Under the pieces are notes generated by a model. It made no database searches. It had not been told where the DNA came from and saw nothing but the letters and a program-made list of their open reading frames with translations. Below are positions 1 to 14,454 of a DNA stretch of 64,000 nt, piece by piece. The DNA is from Heptranchias perlo (lineage: Eukaryota). Position numbers and translations under genes: made by a program. Position 1 is the first letter of the stretch; every line of letters begins with the position of its first letter. The DNA lies in the NCBI RefSeq assembly GCF_035084215.1, contig NC_090340.1:3596001-3660000 (forward strand), read 5' to 3'.

Positions 1-1380
1 ACATATAGAATCCGGCCAATTATTGCCCCATTAGTCTACTCTCAATCATCAGCAAAGTGATGGAAGTTGTCGTCAACTTTGTAATCAAGCGGCACTTACT
101 CACCAATAACCTGCTCACCGATGCTCAGTTTGGGTTCCGCCAGGACCACTCGGCTCCAGACCTCATTACAGCCTTGGTCCAAACATGGACAAAAGAGCTG
201 AATTCCAGAGTTGAGGTGAGAGTGACTGCGCTTGAAATGAAGGCAGCATTTGACCGAGTATGGAACCAAGGAGCCCTATTAATATTGAAGTCAATGGGAA
301 TCAGGAGGAAAAATCTCCAGTGGCTGGAGTCATACTGAGCACAGAGGAAGATGGTAGTAGTTGTTGGAGGCCAATCAACTCAGCCCCAGGACATTGCTGC
401 AGGAGTTCCTCAGGGCAGTGTCCTTGGCCCAACCATCTTCAGCTGCTTCATCAATGACCTTCCCTCCATCCTAAGGTCAGAAATGGGTAGGTTCACTGAT
501 GATTGCATAGTGCTGAGCAACCTCTCAGATAATAAAGCAGTCCGTGCCCGCATGCAACAAGACGTGGACAACATCCAGGTTTGGGCTGATATGTGGCAAG
601 TAACATTCGCGCCAGACAAGTGCCAGGCAATGACCATCTCCAACAAGAGATAGTCTAATCACCTCCCCTTGACATTCAACGGCATTACCATCGCCGAATC
701 CCCCCCGCCATCAACATCCTGGTGGTCACCATTGATCAGAAACTTAACTGGAGCAGCCATATAATTACTGTGGCTACAAGTGCAGGACAGAGGCTGGGTA
801 TTCTGCGGCGAGTGACTCATCCCCTGACTCCCTAAATCCTTTCCACCATCTACAAGGCACAAGTGAGGAGTGTGATGGAATGCTCTCCACTTCTCCGGAT
901 GAGTGTAGCTCCAACAACACTCAAGAAGCTCGACACCATCCAGGACAAAGCAGCCCGCTTGATTGGCACCCCATCCACCACCCTAAACATTAACTTCCTT
1001 CACCGCTGATGCAGTGTATACTATTTACAGGATCCACTGCAGTAACTTGCCAAGGCTTCTTCGACAGCACCTCAAAAACCCAAGATCTCTACCACCTAGA
1101 AGGACAAGGACAGCAGGCACATGGGAACAGCACCACCTACACTTTCCCCTCCAAGTCACACACCATCCCGACTTTGAAATACATCGCCGCGGCTTCATCG
1201 TCGCTGTGTTAAAATCCTGGAGCTCCCTTGCTAACAGCACTGTGGGAGAACCTTCACCACACAGAGTGCAGCGTTTCAAGAAGTGGGCTCACCACCACCT
1301 TCTCGAGGGCTATTAGGGATGGTCAATAAATGCTTGCCTCGCCACAGATGCCCACATCCCATGCACGAATAAAATAAAAT
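1..1380 (+). mobile_element. CR1/Jockey-group LINE 3' part (RT + 3' tail), decayed
   Basis: [26 protein letters not shown]; A-rich end; same family at 3190-3250, 44063-44362, 45124-45378 and 47757-48400(-). Confidence 0.85.
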
Positions 1381-2399
1381 CCTCTACTGCCCCATGTGAT
1401 CTCCTGACACCATTCATGGCTCATCCGTTTCTGGCGGAGCCCACAGCTGCTTTTTGGTCTGCCTTAGGTGTCTTGTACTGTGGCCCTTCACAACTGCCCC
1501 TCCCCTTCTGCCGGTCAAAGATTCCCCAAGTCGATTCCCTGGGGAGCAATCTCTCCAGCCTCTTCCTTTCAGTTTTCCGCTGTCCAATTTGACGACACAA
1601 AGGCGGATCTTTAGCGAACATACAACCCTCCGAAATGTCCACTTCATTGTGAACAAGGCTGACCCCGTCCATGAGCTCACTTTGAGTTAAGCTATTTACA
1701 CTGAGCACCTGTTTACAATCTGGATAACTGTAAGTGAATTCATTCCGTTCATCAAAGCCACCTCATCTGACTATAGTTTCTACAATGCTCCCGCGCAAAG
1801 CAGAATGAAAGGAGCACAGGTCTCATCATAACGTGCTATCTTTGTCTTTCCTTCATTCTTTCAGCATTTTTTTCTCTCATTCTCGTAACGTTCTATTTTG
1901 ACACCTATTTTTAAACATCCTCATTGTCTATCGTCGTTCGATGCTCCGTGGAGATATTTCCCCGGTTAACTTGCTTTTCTCTGCTTTTGCGTTTACACTG
2001 AGAAACCCTTAATTAGTTTTTATTTGAACAATTGTCGAATTTCACTTCTCCCTCCTCCTCTGATTTTCTGCCTTACTGCCTTCGCTCAAAGGTACCGTGC
2101 ACATCAACTTGCTCAACCATATCCATTGAGAACTTCGACCTATTGATCAGTTGAATTTTCGTTGCCGCAAGGAACTGACACGATCAATTTGGATTACTTC
2201 TTCATCCCCATTACTATCAAAGTCGCCCTACCTACCTTCAATCCCATTACCCTCACCTTCTTGGGACAACATTCCTCCCAACTTCATGGGTAAGAAGCTG
2301 TTGAATTGCCAGTCGCCTCTCTTCTGCTCCTTTGTGTGCTGTGACACTGCTGCTTCTCTTACCTTGCTCAAAAGCTCACTATATTCTGCCTCTGACACA

Positions 2400-3060
2400 C
2401 TAATCCCGACCTAGCCACACAATAAATATTTCCTCGATACAGTTCTCTGCTCTACAAACTTCAGTCAGAGAGCTACAGACTTGAGTGCACCAGGTGAATG
2501 GCGGACCTACCAGCAGAATGAGTGGGAGGGTGGAATAGTATCACGTTGTGCATGGTCAGCTCTCCCTGCTATCATCTGGAGACTAATGACGTTCCAGATT
2601 CATTCCCCAACTACTAATCGCTTCTGCTGACTCCCATCCCTGATTGATCATTTCCCACTTCGAACACTGCGAGGAGCATCTGATCAGTTTGGACGTCCAC
2701 GTGCCTGCCTCATCCAGCACGTGCACCTATCTCTAGCCTTCGCCAAATCCGCTGTCAACCCGATCTGACTACTTGTCACTCTGTCCCCTTTCTCTCATCT
2801 CTCGCAGCCATTACGCTCTTCACCTCCATGATATCCGGTATCCTGGATCGTTTCCAGCCCGAACCTTTGGGCAATGAACTTTCATTACCTCACTGCTCAC
2901 CGACATTGTTCGTGGGTCGTTTATGACAGATATCATTTCGCCAACATCCAAACTATTGTCAACTCCCCTTCCTCAAAAATCGCACTGTGAATCCCTCTAA
3001 CACTCCAGCACTATCCTCTAATTTGGTCCTTGAGGTTCCTTGAACATATAATTGCTAATG
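2400..3060 (+). mobile_element. Old L2-like LINE remnant
   Basis: Pyrimidine-rich; degenerate match to the L2 RT start region (LKK..YRPISNL..LE) near 2970-3055. Confidence 0.4.
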
Positions 3061-4530
3061 GAGGTCTGTGCTCACCTCTATTGCTATTCTGTAAAATGCT
3101 TTCCAAAAGGAGCACCTGCGGATGAAAGGTACTATGAAAGACGCATTTGACTGGAGGATCAGGAAACATTGACCACAAGAGCAATTCGGGATTGGCAAAA
3201 ATGCTGGCCTTGCCAGCGACGCCCACATCCCATGAACGAATAAAAAAAATGAAGAGCATGGGAATATGTTTTTCATAACACCTACTTTTAAAAGAAGGGG
3301 TCATACGGAAAATGGAGAGTATGTGCAACCATTGGAGAACGTGTCAGCGTGCAGCCGATTTCAGATTGCTTGGAAAAATTCGCTACCTACCTGATGTGTA
3401 ACCAGACACATGGGTTTACATGACTTCAGCACACCTCGCAACATAAGTCCTTTCCAAGCATAACTACTACGGATACGCCCTGGACAGAGACCTTAGGGGT
3501 AGCCTGTGCTTCTTCCACGGATGGTCCAACAGGTGCCATAAAGACACCGGTGCCATCTTGGAGAATGCTGTCTCCACCAGTTTCCAAATAATTGGGGCTC
3601 GGACAGAGAAAAGTATCTCACATTATGTCTGCTTTCCTGTTGAGATGAAGCAAGTGGGCCCATAGTCCAGTACTGGCGGCATGGAAGAATGGATACCGAT
3701 AATTATGCTTTTCGAATTGCAACATATGTGGGACATCCAGCCTGCCTCTTTCAATGCCTGCACATACGGATAAAAGCTTCTAGGGCCAGCCTGTCCATGG
3801 AGCTACACAAGAGCTTCACTTTGCAGCAGAGCCATCTCATTAAGACACGGGCCAAATCAGTCATAACAATACGGATAACAATGCAAGTCCTGAATTTCAC
3901 TTCACCAAAATTATGACTACAGATGTGTGCTCCTGGTCTTAGTGCAGACAACACGATATTTGGAGTCAACTAAGTGGCTTTATAAATCCAACTTTTTAAA
4001 TCAATGTTGGATATTTCCTGTTAAGTTATAGTTATACAAATACTCTTCCAGTCGTTTGCTTAGAATAGGCGTCATTACTTTACTTGCGAGTAGTGCCATG
4101 TTAAAGGTCCCATAGTTATGTTGCTTAAATGTGGAGCCTTTTTAAGTACATATATATCTGTTGTCAGCCCTGTGGAATCACAACAGACTCCAATGATTCC
4201 TTCATGCAAATAGCCAATGTCCAATAAATGTCCTCAATTAACTACAATACATCGGTGTACCAAGGAATTTGTTCGTTAATGTGTGAAATCCACTTTGATA
4301 AAATATTACAAAATACATTGGTTGAATAAATAACTGCTTTATAGTCTTCTTCAGCTAAAGATAAGGACAAACAGACTGAGCGACATAAATGAGCAATTTT
4401 CTACAAATATTGTTAAACGCCTGAATGGTTGGGAATATCGGTTTGCAGAAAATCTGTTCTGAATTGAGACCATATTATGCGGTATCACAATGCTTATGTT
4501 TACTGAGAGATGGAATATGTAATGTTGAGT

Positions 4531-4592
4531 TGCACTTAATGTGGATATTAGGCTAATATCTGCACTTAATGTGAATATTAGGCTAATATCTG
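4531..4592. repeat. 30-bp direct tandem repeat x2
   Basis: tgcacttaatgtg(g/a)atattaggctaatatc twice. Confidence 0.85.
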
Positions 4593-4624
4593 CCAACAGT
4601 AATTTATTGACTAATACGTCTGAG

Positions 4625-7460
4625 GTACATAGGAACAGGAGTCGGCCATTCAGACCCTCGAGATTGTTCCACCATTAAATGAAATTATGGCTGATCTGTA
4701 TCCTAACTCCACCCACCGCCTTGGGGTCATGTGCTTTAATACCCGAAGCTAGCAAAAAGCTAGCAATCTCAGATTTAAAATTAATAATTGAGTCAGCATC
4801 TATTCTTTTTTGTTGGAGAGAGTTCCACACTTATATTAAACCTTGAGTGATGAAGTGCTTCCTAACTTTTCTCCTAAATGGCCTGGCTCTGATTTTACGG
4901 TTATTGTCCTTGACTCCCCCACCAATGGAAAAGATTTCTCTCTATCTACCCTTTCAATTCCTTACAAAATCCTAAGAAACTCAATCAAATCACCCCTTAA
5001 CCTTCTATTAATGCATACCTAATTTATATAACGTCTCCTCATAACCTAATCCTTGTAGCCCTGGTAACATTCTGGTGAATCTGAGCTGCAGTCCTTCCAC
5101 GGCCAATATATCCATTTTAGGGTGCAGTGTCCAGAACTGTACATAGTACTACAGATGTCATCTAATCAGGGCTCCGTATTGCAGTAGCAAAACACCCTTC
5201 CCTTTATATTCTAGCCCTCTAGTTATAAAGGCTAACATTCCATTAAAAGTGTTCACCGCTATATATTAGGTATGTGTTTACATTGACCTCTAAATCTCGT
5301 TGGACCCCCACTGTTCCTAGCTTTTCACCACTTAAAAAATATTCGGATCTCTTTTTTTGGTCCAAAATGGATGACCTTACACTTACCTGCGTTGACATCC
5401 ATCTGCCACACTTTTGCCCACACACTTAATCTATTAATGCCTTATTGTAATTTTATGGTCCGGTCTACACTACTTACTATGCCACCAATATGCCACTAAT
5501 ATCATCAGCAAACGTGTATATATGACTTTCTATTTTGTTATCTAAGTCATTAATAAATATACTGAATATTTGAGGCCCCAGCACAGATCCTTGTGGGACA
5601 CCACTAGTCCTTCCAATTCTATACGCGTAATAGATATATCCATACCCATTATGCGTAATCCCTGCCTGCTACCGCCTAACCAATCTCCTAACCAGGCCAA
5701 TAATTTGCCTTCAATTCCAAAAGCTTTAATTTCGACAACAGTTTCTTATGTGGAACCTTATCGAATGCCTTCTGGAAGTCCATATAAAATACATCCATAA
5801 GCATTCCCTTTTCTGCTACTTTAGTTACTTCCTTCAAAATTTCAATTAGTTTCGTTAGACTTGACCTACCCTTTACAAATCCATGTTGGCTCTCTCTAAT
5901 CAGATCAAATTTATCTCAGTGCTCAGTCATACGACCCTTAATTATAGAGTCAATAGCTTCCTCACAACAGATGATAGACTAACAAATCTATAATATACTG
6001 CCTTCTCTCTCGCCTTTCTTAAATAACAGAGTTACATTTGTAATTTTCCAATCTATAGGGGCAATTCCTGAATCGAGAGAGCTTTGGATGATTATGTCTA
6101 AAGCATTTTCAATTTCCTCACCGAATTCCTTTAAAACACTGGGGTTGAATCCATCAGGTCCTGCGGATTTGTCAGTCTTTAGTGCCATTATTTATTTAAT
6201 ATTGTTTTCATGGTTACGTTAACTTTAGTGAGTTCCAGTCCTTGTTTCGTTGTTAGTTTCCCTGCAATGTAAGGCATATTATCCACTTCCTCCACGATGA
6301 AGACTGACATAAAGTAATTAACACTTCTGCCATTTCCTTATTTTCATTTGCAATATTACCCACATCTGTTTTTAAATGGCCCACATTACCCTGAACTACA
6401 ACTTTTCTTCTAATATAATGGAAACAACTTTTTGTGTTATTCTTGATATTCCTATCAAGATTTATTGGTAATGCCATCGATCAAATGCATTTCTCCCTAT
6501 CTCCCCTCAGGTTCTTTTGATAATTATCTTAAATCGGTGTCCTTTGGTTACCGGCCCACCTGCCAGTGGAAACAATTACTCCTCATATACTATATCAAAA
6601 CCCCTCAAAGTTTTGAACACGTCTATTGAAGCTCCCGTTAAGCTTCTCTGATCTGAGGAAATTAATTCCAGAATCTCCAGTCTCTGCACATAAATGACGT
6701 TCCTTATCTCTGGTATCGTTCTGGTAAATTTACTCTGCACCCACTCCAAGGCATTGATATCTTTCCTAAAGTGTGTTGCCCAGAATTGGAGACAATACTA
6801 TAGCTGAGGTAAACCAGCGAATATCGAACCGTTTGGCAAAACTTACTGCTTTTGTACTCTATATCTCTATTTTTGGACCTCATTATCTGGTATGCTTCTT
6901 TTTAGCAGCTTGATCAAATTGTCGTGCCGCTTTCAATGATCTGTATGTGCACCAGCAGGTCTCTCTGTTCCTGCACCCCCTTTAAAATTGTACCATTTAC
7001 TTTAGTTTGCCTATCCCCATTCTTCGTACCAAAATGCAGCACTTCACACTTACCTGGATCAAATTTCATCTGCCGTCTGTCTGCCCATTTCACCAGTCTA
7101 TGTCCTCCTGAAGTCGGCTACTATTCTCCTCACTGTTTACTACATGAGTTTCGTGTCATATGAAAATTTTGGAATTATGCCCTCTATATCCAAGTCCAGG
7201 TCAATAATATATCAAAAAGAACAGTTGTCCTAATACTGTCCTCCGAGGGACATCAATGTAGACTTCCCTCCAGTCTGAAAAGCAACCGGTCGTCACTAAT
7301 CCCTGCTCCCTGCTTATTTGCCAATTTCGTATCCACGCTGCCACTGCTCGTTTAATCCAGTGGGTTTCAATTTTGCTTAAAAGATTACCACGTGGCACCC
7401 TATCAAGCGATGTTTGAACGTCCTTATACACAAAATCAACTGCACCAACTTCATCAACTC
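4625..7460 (-). mobile_element. Two adjacent decayed CR1 fragments
   Basis: KSAGPDG, WKITNVTLLFKKG, QRDL; CR1 3' end at ~4625; second fragment ~6480-7460. Confidence 0.8.
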
Positions 7461-8509
7461 TCTGAAATGCAATGATTGAAACCCTATCACATAACAGCTA
7501 CATTCTGGAACTTGAAGTATGAAAAATAAATATTTAATTTGTGCTCTTCTGCGTCTGAAAAGTGATTGAATAAATTTAAGAAAATGGGCACGAATGTTCG
7601 GGAAGGGGAAGCGATAGGTGAGCGTTCGTAACTGGAACTTTATGCACCAGGCGTAGGGGATGGGAGAGGGGCACAGTGGGTGTGTGTTTGGGGTGTGTTC
7701 AGGAAAAGTTTAGAAGAGGCATTACACAGAGCAGTTTCTGTAAACGTAAATGCTTCTTGACTAAAATAATCTAAAATGAGATAGCATGGAGAGAGTGAAG
7801 GGGCATGCAAGGTAGGCATTTTACTAGTAAACTGTTTTGAACAGTTTGTCCGTGGGAATTGATATCTGACAGTGTCTGCTTCTATATATAAACGAGCATT
7901 ATTTTTTAATCCGTTAAACCAAAATCAGAGATTCATTTACTTCATAGGTCCAAGGAAACTTATCCAAAAAATCCATAGACGTAGCCCTATTTATGGCTGT
8001 TCAGGTATTTGAGAAGCCGCAAGCAACCAATGGTCTTATTAGTTGCTACTTTGGCCCTGCCCTTTTCGGGAGGGTGGTGATGAAAGGCGCAGGATAACGG
8101 CTGGGAGAGAACGTGCTCAGTTTTCATTAGGATAACAATCACCAGCAGGAATAGCAGCCACAGTATTTGAACCAGGCCACATATCCCCATTGAAGTCTAG
8201 CTGACTCGCGGTATTAAACAGCCCTTGAACCGTAAAATTACCTGTTGTTACATAAACACTGGAATTTGGGAAAGGTGGTAATGGCCAGCTGCATTGGAAA
8301 TTTAGATGCAAGATTTCTCAGCTCAGCTGTTGCTAGCCAAATCTTAAAATTGTTCTAAAATAATTGGGCTGCAACGTCGCTAGAAATAAATTTCCCGTTG
8401 AGTTTACGATTTGCTAATATATGGTGACCTGACAGAAAACATCTCCGCAAATGTATAATAGTTAACAAGAGAACGGACTTATCACAGTGGCACTATTCTT
8501 GCCTAACAA

Positions 8510-9725
8510 AGCTAGGCGATTTTTTACGGAGGTAACTACCGTTGGAGACAAGGGACTCTCTATAGATGTATTTATATGGACTTGCAGGAGGCATTCGATA
8601 AGGTTCCACATAAGAGACTGTTAACAAAAATGAGATTGCATAGAATTGTAGGTATCCTTTAGGCTTGGATAGGGAATTGGTTAGGAAGTGGAAGACAGAG
8701 AGTAGGGATAATGGGTATGTACTCAAATTGGCAGGATGTGACTACTGATGACACCTAGGCATCTGCACCAGGGCCTCAGCTCCACACTGTATTTATAAAT
8801 GACTTGGATGAAGGTATATCTAATTTGCCTATGACACCAAATTAGGTGGCAGAGTAAATATTTCAGATTGGAGTGGGAAGTTGGAAAGCGTCATTGTTAG
8901 ATCAAATGAAAGGGCAAAACTGTGGCAGATGGAGTTCAAGGTGGGAAAGTGTGAGGTCATCCATTTTGGAGCGAAGAAAGATCAGAATATTTTCTAATCG
9001 GCGAGAAGCTTCGAACTGTGGATGAGCAGAGAAATTTACAGATCCAAGAACAGTAATCATTAAAAGCCAGTGAACATTTACAAACAATAATTTAAAAGGT
9101 TAATGTAACGTTGGCCTTTATCTCAAGAGGGTTGGAATACAAAGGTGTAGAAGTTATGTTACAGCTGTGTAGAGATCTGATTAGACCCCATCTGGAGTAC
9201 TGCAGTTAGTTCCTGGCACTGCACCTGAGGAAGAATACATTGGCTTTGGAGGGGGTGCAGCACAGATTCACCAGTATTATAACGGGGCTAAAAGGATTAA
9301 ATTATGAGGCCAAGCATTGAATAGGCGTGCATTCCCTTGCGTATAAAAGATTAAGGAGTGATCTAATTGAAGTGTTTAAGATTATAAAATGACTCGATAG
9401 AACAGATAGAGAGAAACACCAGCGGGAAAGTCCAGGACAAGGGGGCATAACCTTAAAATTCGAGCTAGGCCGTTCAGGGTGATGTCAGGAAGCACTTCTT
9501 CCCACAGAAGGTAGTGGAAGTCTGGAACTCTCTTCCTCAAAAAGCTGTTCAGGCTAGGTACATTGAAAATTTCAAAACTGAGATTGATAAATCTTTGTTA
9601 GGCAACGGAATTAAGTGTTATGGAAACAAACCGCTTAGCTAGAGTTAAGTTACAAATCAGCATGGTATAATTGAATGGCAGAACAGGCTCGAAGGGCTGA
9701 ATGGCCTACGCCTGTTCCTATGCTC
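8510..9725 (+). mobile_element. CR1 3' fragment
   Basis: AFDKVPH to RPHLEYC region, ending in a CR1 3'UTR (gaatggcctac..gttcctatg). Confidence 0.8.
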
Positions 9726-10504
9726 CCATTTTCCAATGAAATTGTAAAAATACTAGCCTCATTCATATGAGGGAACCGATTAAGTGGAGTGACTGGGGGA
9801 GAGGATTTGTTAACTACAGGCTGTGTAGGATGCATTAGTCTATCTTATTCCAGCTTTTAAAATTATTTTCTTCATTTCGGATGCTATTTATTTAACCTAC
9901 GTTTACTGGTTTCATATATGTTGGTAAACAGAAAAGATAAGTTCTCAATTTTCGGGGTATACATTTTACAAATCGCCTGTAAGATCTACATGATGCCTTT
10001 GAATGCATTTTCTACACTGCCATTTTAGTTAAGAGACTCTACTTCTCCCAATCCATATGGCTAAGGAATGATTAATTCACAATTCTGTTAGGTGACAGAA
10101 AATCAAACAAAGGCCAGTGGATCACAGTGACACAGCAGGAGGAAGATAAATGCCTGTCATTTGTACGCAACAATTACCAACCTATCTGCTTCAAGACCGA
10201 GGATAGAAGAGCAGTTCCTTTGTAATCTATAGTGGTGGTGGGGTGGGGGTGACATTTCCATTCACCACGTGACGCATCGCTGCCAAGTTACGGATAACAC
10301 TGAACTGTGGATGAACGTTTTGTTTTTGCAAATTGAGCTGAAGTCATCTCCATCCACTTCACGTTGACTACAACCCAAGAGAGCAAGAAACGGGGAGGGT
10401 AGATTCCAATTCTTAGGCCTATGCCTGTGCCGAATTGGAGTTGAGGTTATTGATTGAAATAACGTTCTAATCCGTTGTATTAGCTGGTCCTCATTACGTT
10501 TAAT

Positions 10505-12720
10505 TGAATCATAAAATCATACAGCACAGAAGGAACCCATTCGGTGCATCGTTACTGTGCCCACTCTTTGAAAGTGCTATCCAATTATTCCCACTCCCCT
10601 GCTCTTTCCCGTAGCCCTGCAGTTGTTTTCTTTTTCAATTTACTTTTGAAAGTTACCATTGAATCTGCTTCCAGCACCCTTGGAAGCAGTTCATTTCAGC
10701 TCATTACAGTTCGCTTCACGAAAAAAAATCTCTTCATCTTCCTTCTGGTTCTTTGGCTAATTATCTTAATCTGTGTCTTCAGTTCCCAACCCTCCCGCCA
10801 ATGGAAACATTTTTTCTTCATCGAAGCCCGGCATAATTGTGAACACCTCTATTAAATTTCACCTTAATGTACGCTGATCTAAGGCGATCAATCGCAGCTT
10901 GTCTAATTACTCCACATGATCAAATCCCCCCACCCTGCTATAATTCTGCACATCTCATCACCATCCTTTCCAAGGCTTTGGCATCCTTCCTCAAGTAAGG
11001 TGCCTCGACTTGAGCATAATACTCCGGCTAAGGCCTAACCAGTGTTTTATAATGGTTTCGCATAACTTCCTTGTTTTTGTACTCTGTGCCACTATTTATA
11101 AAGCCAAGATCCCGAATGCTTTGTTAACATTTTGAACAACTTGTCCTGCCACCATCAAAGATTTGGGTATGTGAAACCCCAGGTCTCTATGAAAGTACAC
11201 CCCCTCTAAAATTCTACCATGTAATTTATATTGCCTCTCCTAATTCATCCTTCCAAAATGCATCACCTCACACGTCTCCGCATGAAATTTCGTCTGCCAT
11301 ATGTTTGCCCATTTCACTCGTCTGTCCACGTCCTCCTGAAGTTTGCTACTATCATCCTCACAGTTTACTACATTTACGAGTTTAACATCATCTGCTAACT
11401 TTTAAATTATGCTCTGTCTACCGTAGTCCATGTTATTAATATATATCAACTGGAGCAGTGGTCCCAACACTGACCCTTGGGGTACACCACTGTATTATTC
11501 CCTCCAGTCTGCAAAACAACGGTTAACCACTGCACTCTGCTTTCTGACTCTCAGACAATTTCATGTCCACGCTGTCACTGCCCCATTAATCCTATTGGAT
11601 TGCATTTTGCTAACAAGGCTATTATGTGGCACTTTGTCAAACGTCCTTTGAAAGTCCATTAACACAACAGAAGCTGCACTACACTCATCACCTCTTTCCG
11701 TTAGGTCACTGAAGAACTCAGTTAAGTTTGCGAGACACGATATGCATTTCACAAATCCGTGCTGGCTGTCTTTTATGAACGCATGCTTATAGAAGTGACA
11801 ATTCATTTTGTCCCGGATTATGGTTTCTAGAAGTTTTCCCGCCATCGACGTTGGGCTGACTCACCTGTTCTTACGGGGTTTATCTCTCTCCCCTTTTTTG
11901 AACAGGGGTTTGAAATTTGCAACCCTACAATCCACATGCATCACTCCCATACGCAAGGAGGATTGAAAGCTTGTGGCCAGAGCTTCCATTATTTCCACTC
12001 GTCCTTCCCTCAGAAACCTAGGATGAATACCATATGGACATAGTGACTTTTCTACATTGAACGCTGCCAACCTTTTAAGTACCTCCTCATTATCTATTTT
12101 CATCCTCTCCAATCTCTCTGCTCACTCCTTCTTCACTGTGACATTGGCAGCATCCTCTTCTTTTGTGACGACAGGTGCAAAGTATTAATTTAGTACGTAC
12201 ACCATGCACTCTGCCTCCACAAAAAAAAACCTTTTGGTCCCGAACAGGCCCCACCCTTCCTTCGACTATCCTATTATTCTTTATATGTTTATAAATTACT
12301 TTTGTGTTCCCCTTTAGGTTATCTGATAACCTTTTCTCAAAGATTCCCTTTGACTCTCGTATTTCCTTTTTCAGTTCTTGTCTGCACTTTCCCTATTCTG
12401 CTCGATTCTCTCTTCTATTATGAACCTGATATTTATCACAAGCCTCCTTTTATCTTTTATATTTTCATCTCAATATCATTAGTCATTCATGGAGCTCTAG
12501 CTTTGGATGCCCTTTCTTTCCCACTCATAGGAATGTGTTTAGTTTGCACCCGAACTATCTCCTGCTTGAAGGTCACACATCGCTGGTTCACTGTTTTACC
12601 TGCCAACCTTTATTTCCAATGAATCAGGTGCTGATCCCTTTTCAGCTCACTGAAATTAGTCTTCTTCCAGTTCAGTATCTTCAGCTTTGATTGTTTCTTG
12701 CTCGTTTCCTTAACTACTCT
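10505..12720 (-). mobile_element. CR1 3' fragment
   Basis: GKLLETII, QHGF, DFQRTFDKVPH; tail at ~10505. Confidence 0.8.
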
Positions 12721-14454
12721 AAAACGTTTATTTGCATTTTCCCTATTGCCCGATTCTAGAATTAAAGCAGATTCACTGATCCTGCGGAAGCTTAGCTATG
12801 ATTTCCAGTCCTATTGGTTATTTCGCGTTTCACTGATCATTATCCTCTCGCATTTTCCCTCTCGTAAATATCGAGAAGATTAGTGTTTAGAGAATAAGAA
12901 ACAAAATGTTTGTAACGACACCCGTATTATCACTGCAGAATGTTCTACGTAAGTTAATACTTAACATCTGCTAACATTCGACCGCCGCCTTCCGGTAAAA
13001 TGTTTCCTCTTTTATGAGACGCTCATTATTTCCTCCCTGGTCGCCGTATGTGGAGCTGTAACTCAATCTCACGTGCTCCGTTCCCCCTGCGGTCTGGTCG
13101 CAATTCAAGCCAGTAAGTGAATTCCATTATTAGCCCTTTATTGTATTCATCGTTAGCCTGTTTAATACAGTAAGACAAATATTTTAATCAAATGAGCTCT
13201 GGCATCGTTGGCATTGAAATCAATGCGATGTTTTCACACGCACCATGACTGCTGGGATAGCCTAAACACTTAAAGTGATACACGTGGGCAATGGCGAGAG
13301 AAATCATCCCCGACTCTGGGGTGAGACATTTGAGATGCCTAGAGATGCATTGTGGCAGATTTACCTGTTCTACATGACTAAAAGTTTATTTGCTCAAGCA
13401 GGAAATTTATTGCCACAAGAAATAAGTGGAAAGACTGAAAGACTCTTTGGATTTGGATGATGTTCTCCGTAGTTCTGCAGATAATCGTTGCGTAATGTTG
13501 AACAATAAGGATCATTTACTGTACAGGGGACTTTATTTTCCCAGATATCCATTTGCCTGATGCTGAAATACCGGATGTTCGAGGTGGGGTGGGGGGTGGG
13601 TGGTGGTGACTGCTGAAATGTTGTGGATATTGTAACTTATTGTTTTAGCACACACGATGTTAAATCAATCAGTCGGCGAAATCAGGTCTTAGGTCATAAA
13701 TTGCTAGAGATCTATAGTCAGAGTTGCAAGTCTTTCATGAAAGCAATTATAGTGTACAGATGCACTGGAAGACTAAAAGTACGATCCAAATCATATGCAA
13801 TGTCATGAAACGGCTTCATACAGATCACTGTGCCCAATTTATGTCTTCTCTTTTTGTTAGGGATATCAAGTGTTTTTAATAATTACTAAGGGAATAATAA
13901 CTGATGTCAGGAGGAAGATAAATGTCTGCAGTGTTCAAGAAGAAAAATATCTGAGCTTTATTTTGTCAACGAATTTTCGCATCAAAAGCCAACCTATCTG
14001 CCTCGGGGCAGACGGAAGAAGAGTAGTTCCTATTTTGTTCTATGTGCGTGAGATTTCCATTCGCCACGTGACCCATAGTTGAAAAGTTGCAGAGAACGCT
14101 GAATTGTGGATGAACGGTTTATTTTTGGAAATCGAGTTCAGGTCATCTCCATCAATCTCACGTTGACTAGAATGCAAGCGAGCAAGAGATCCAAAAGAAA
14201 CCGGTGGAAATTAGCATCCAATTCTTAGGCCTGTACCGGATTGGAGTTGAGTTAATAGGTTGAAATAATGATCTAATCCTTTGTACAAGCAGTCCACATT
14301 CTGATTAATGTCTTTATTTTTCCCTGTATCCCCACTGTAGCATTAAAACAGAATCTCTGTTCCTGGGGAAACGTAGCTACGATCTGGAGTCCTATTTGTT
14401 GTTTCATCTTTCTGAGGGAATCATTCTCCAACTTATTCCCGCCCACTAAATAAA

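Noticed and set aside
8483-8515. CACAGTG heptamer with a nonamer-like ACAAAGCTA (possible RSS)
   Set aside because: 16-nt spacer fits neither 12 nor 23; other heptamers (7673, 10122, 18432) lack nonamers; none flank the V exon
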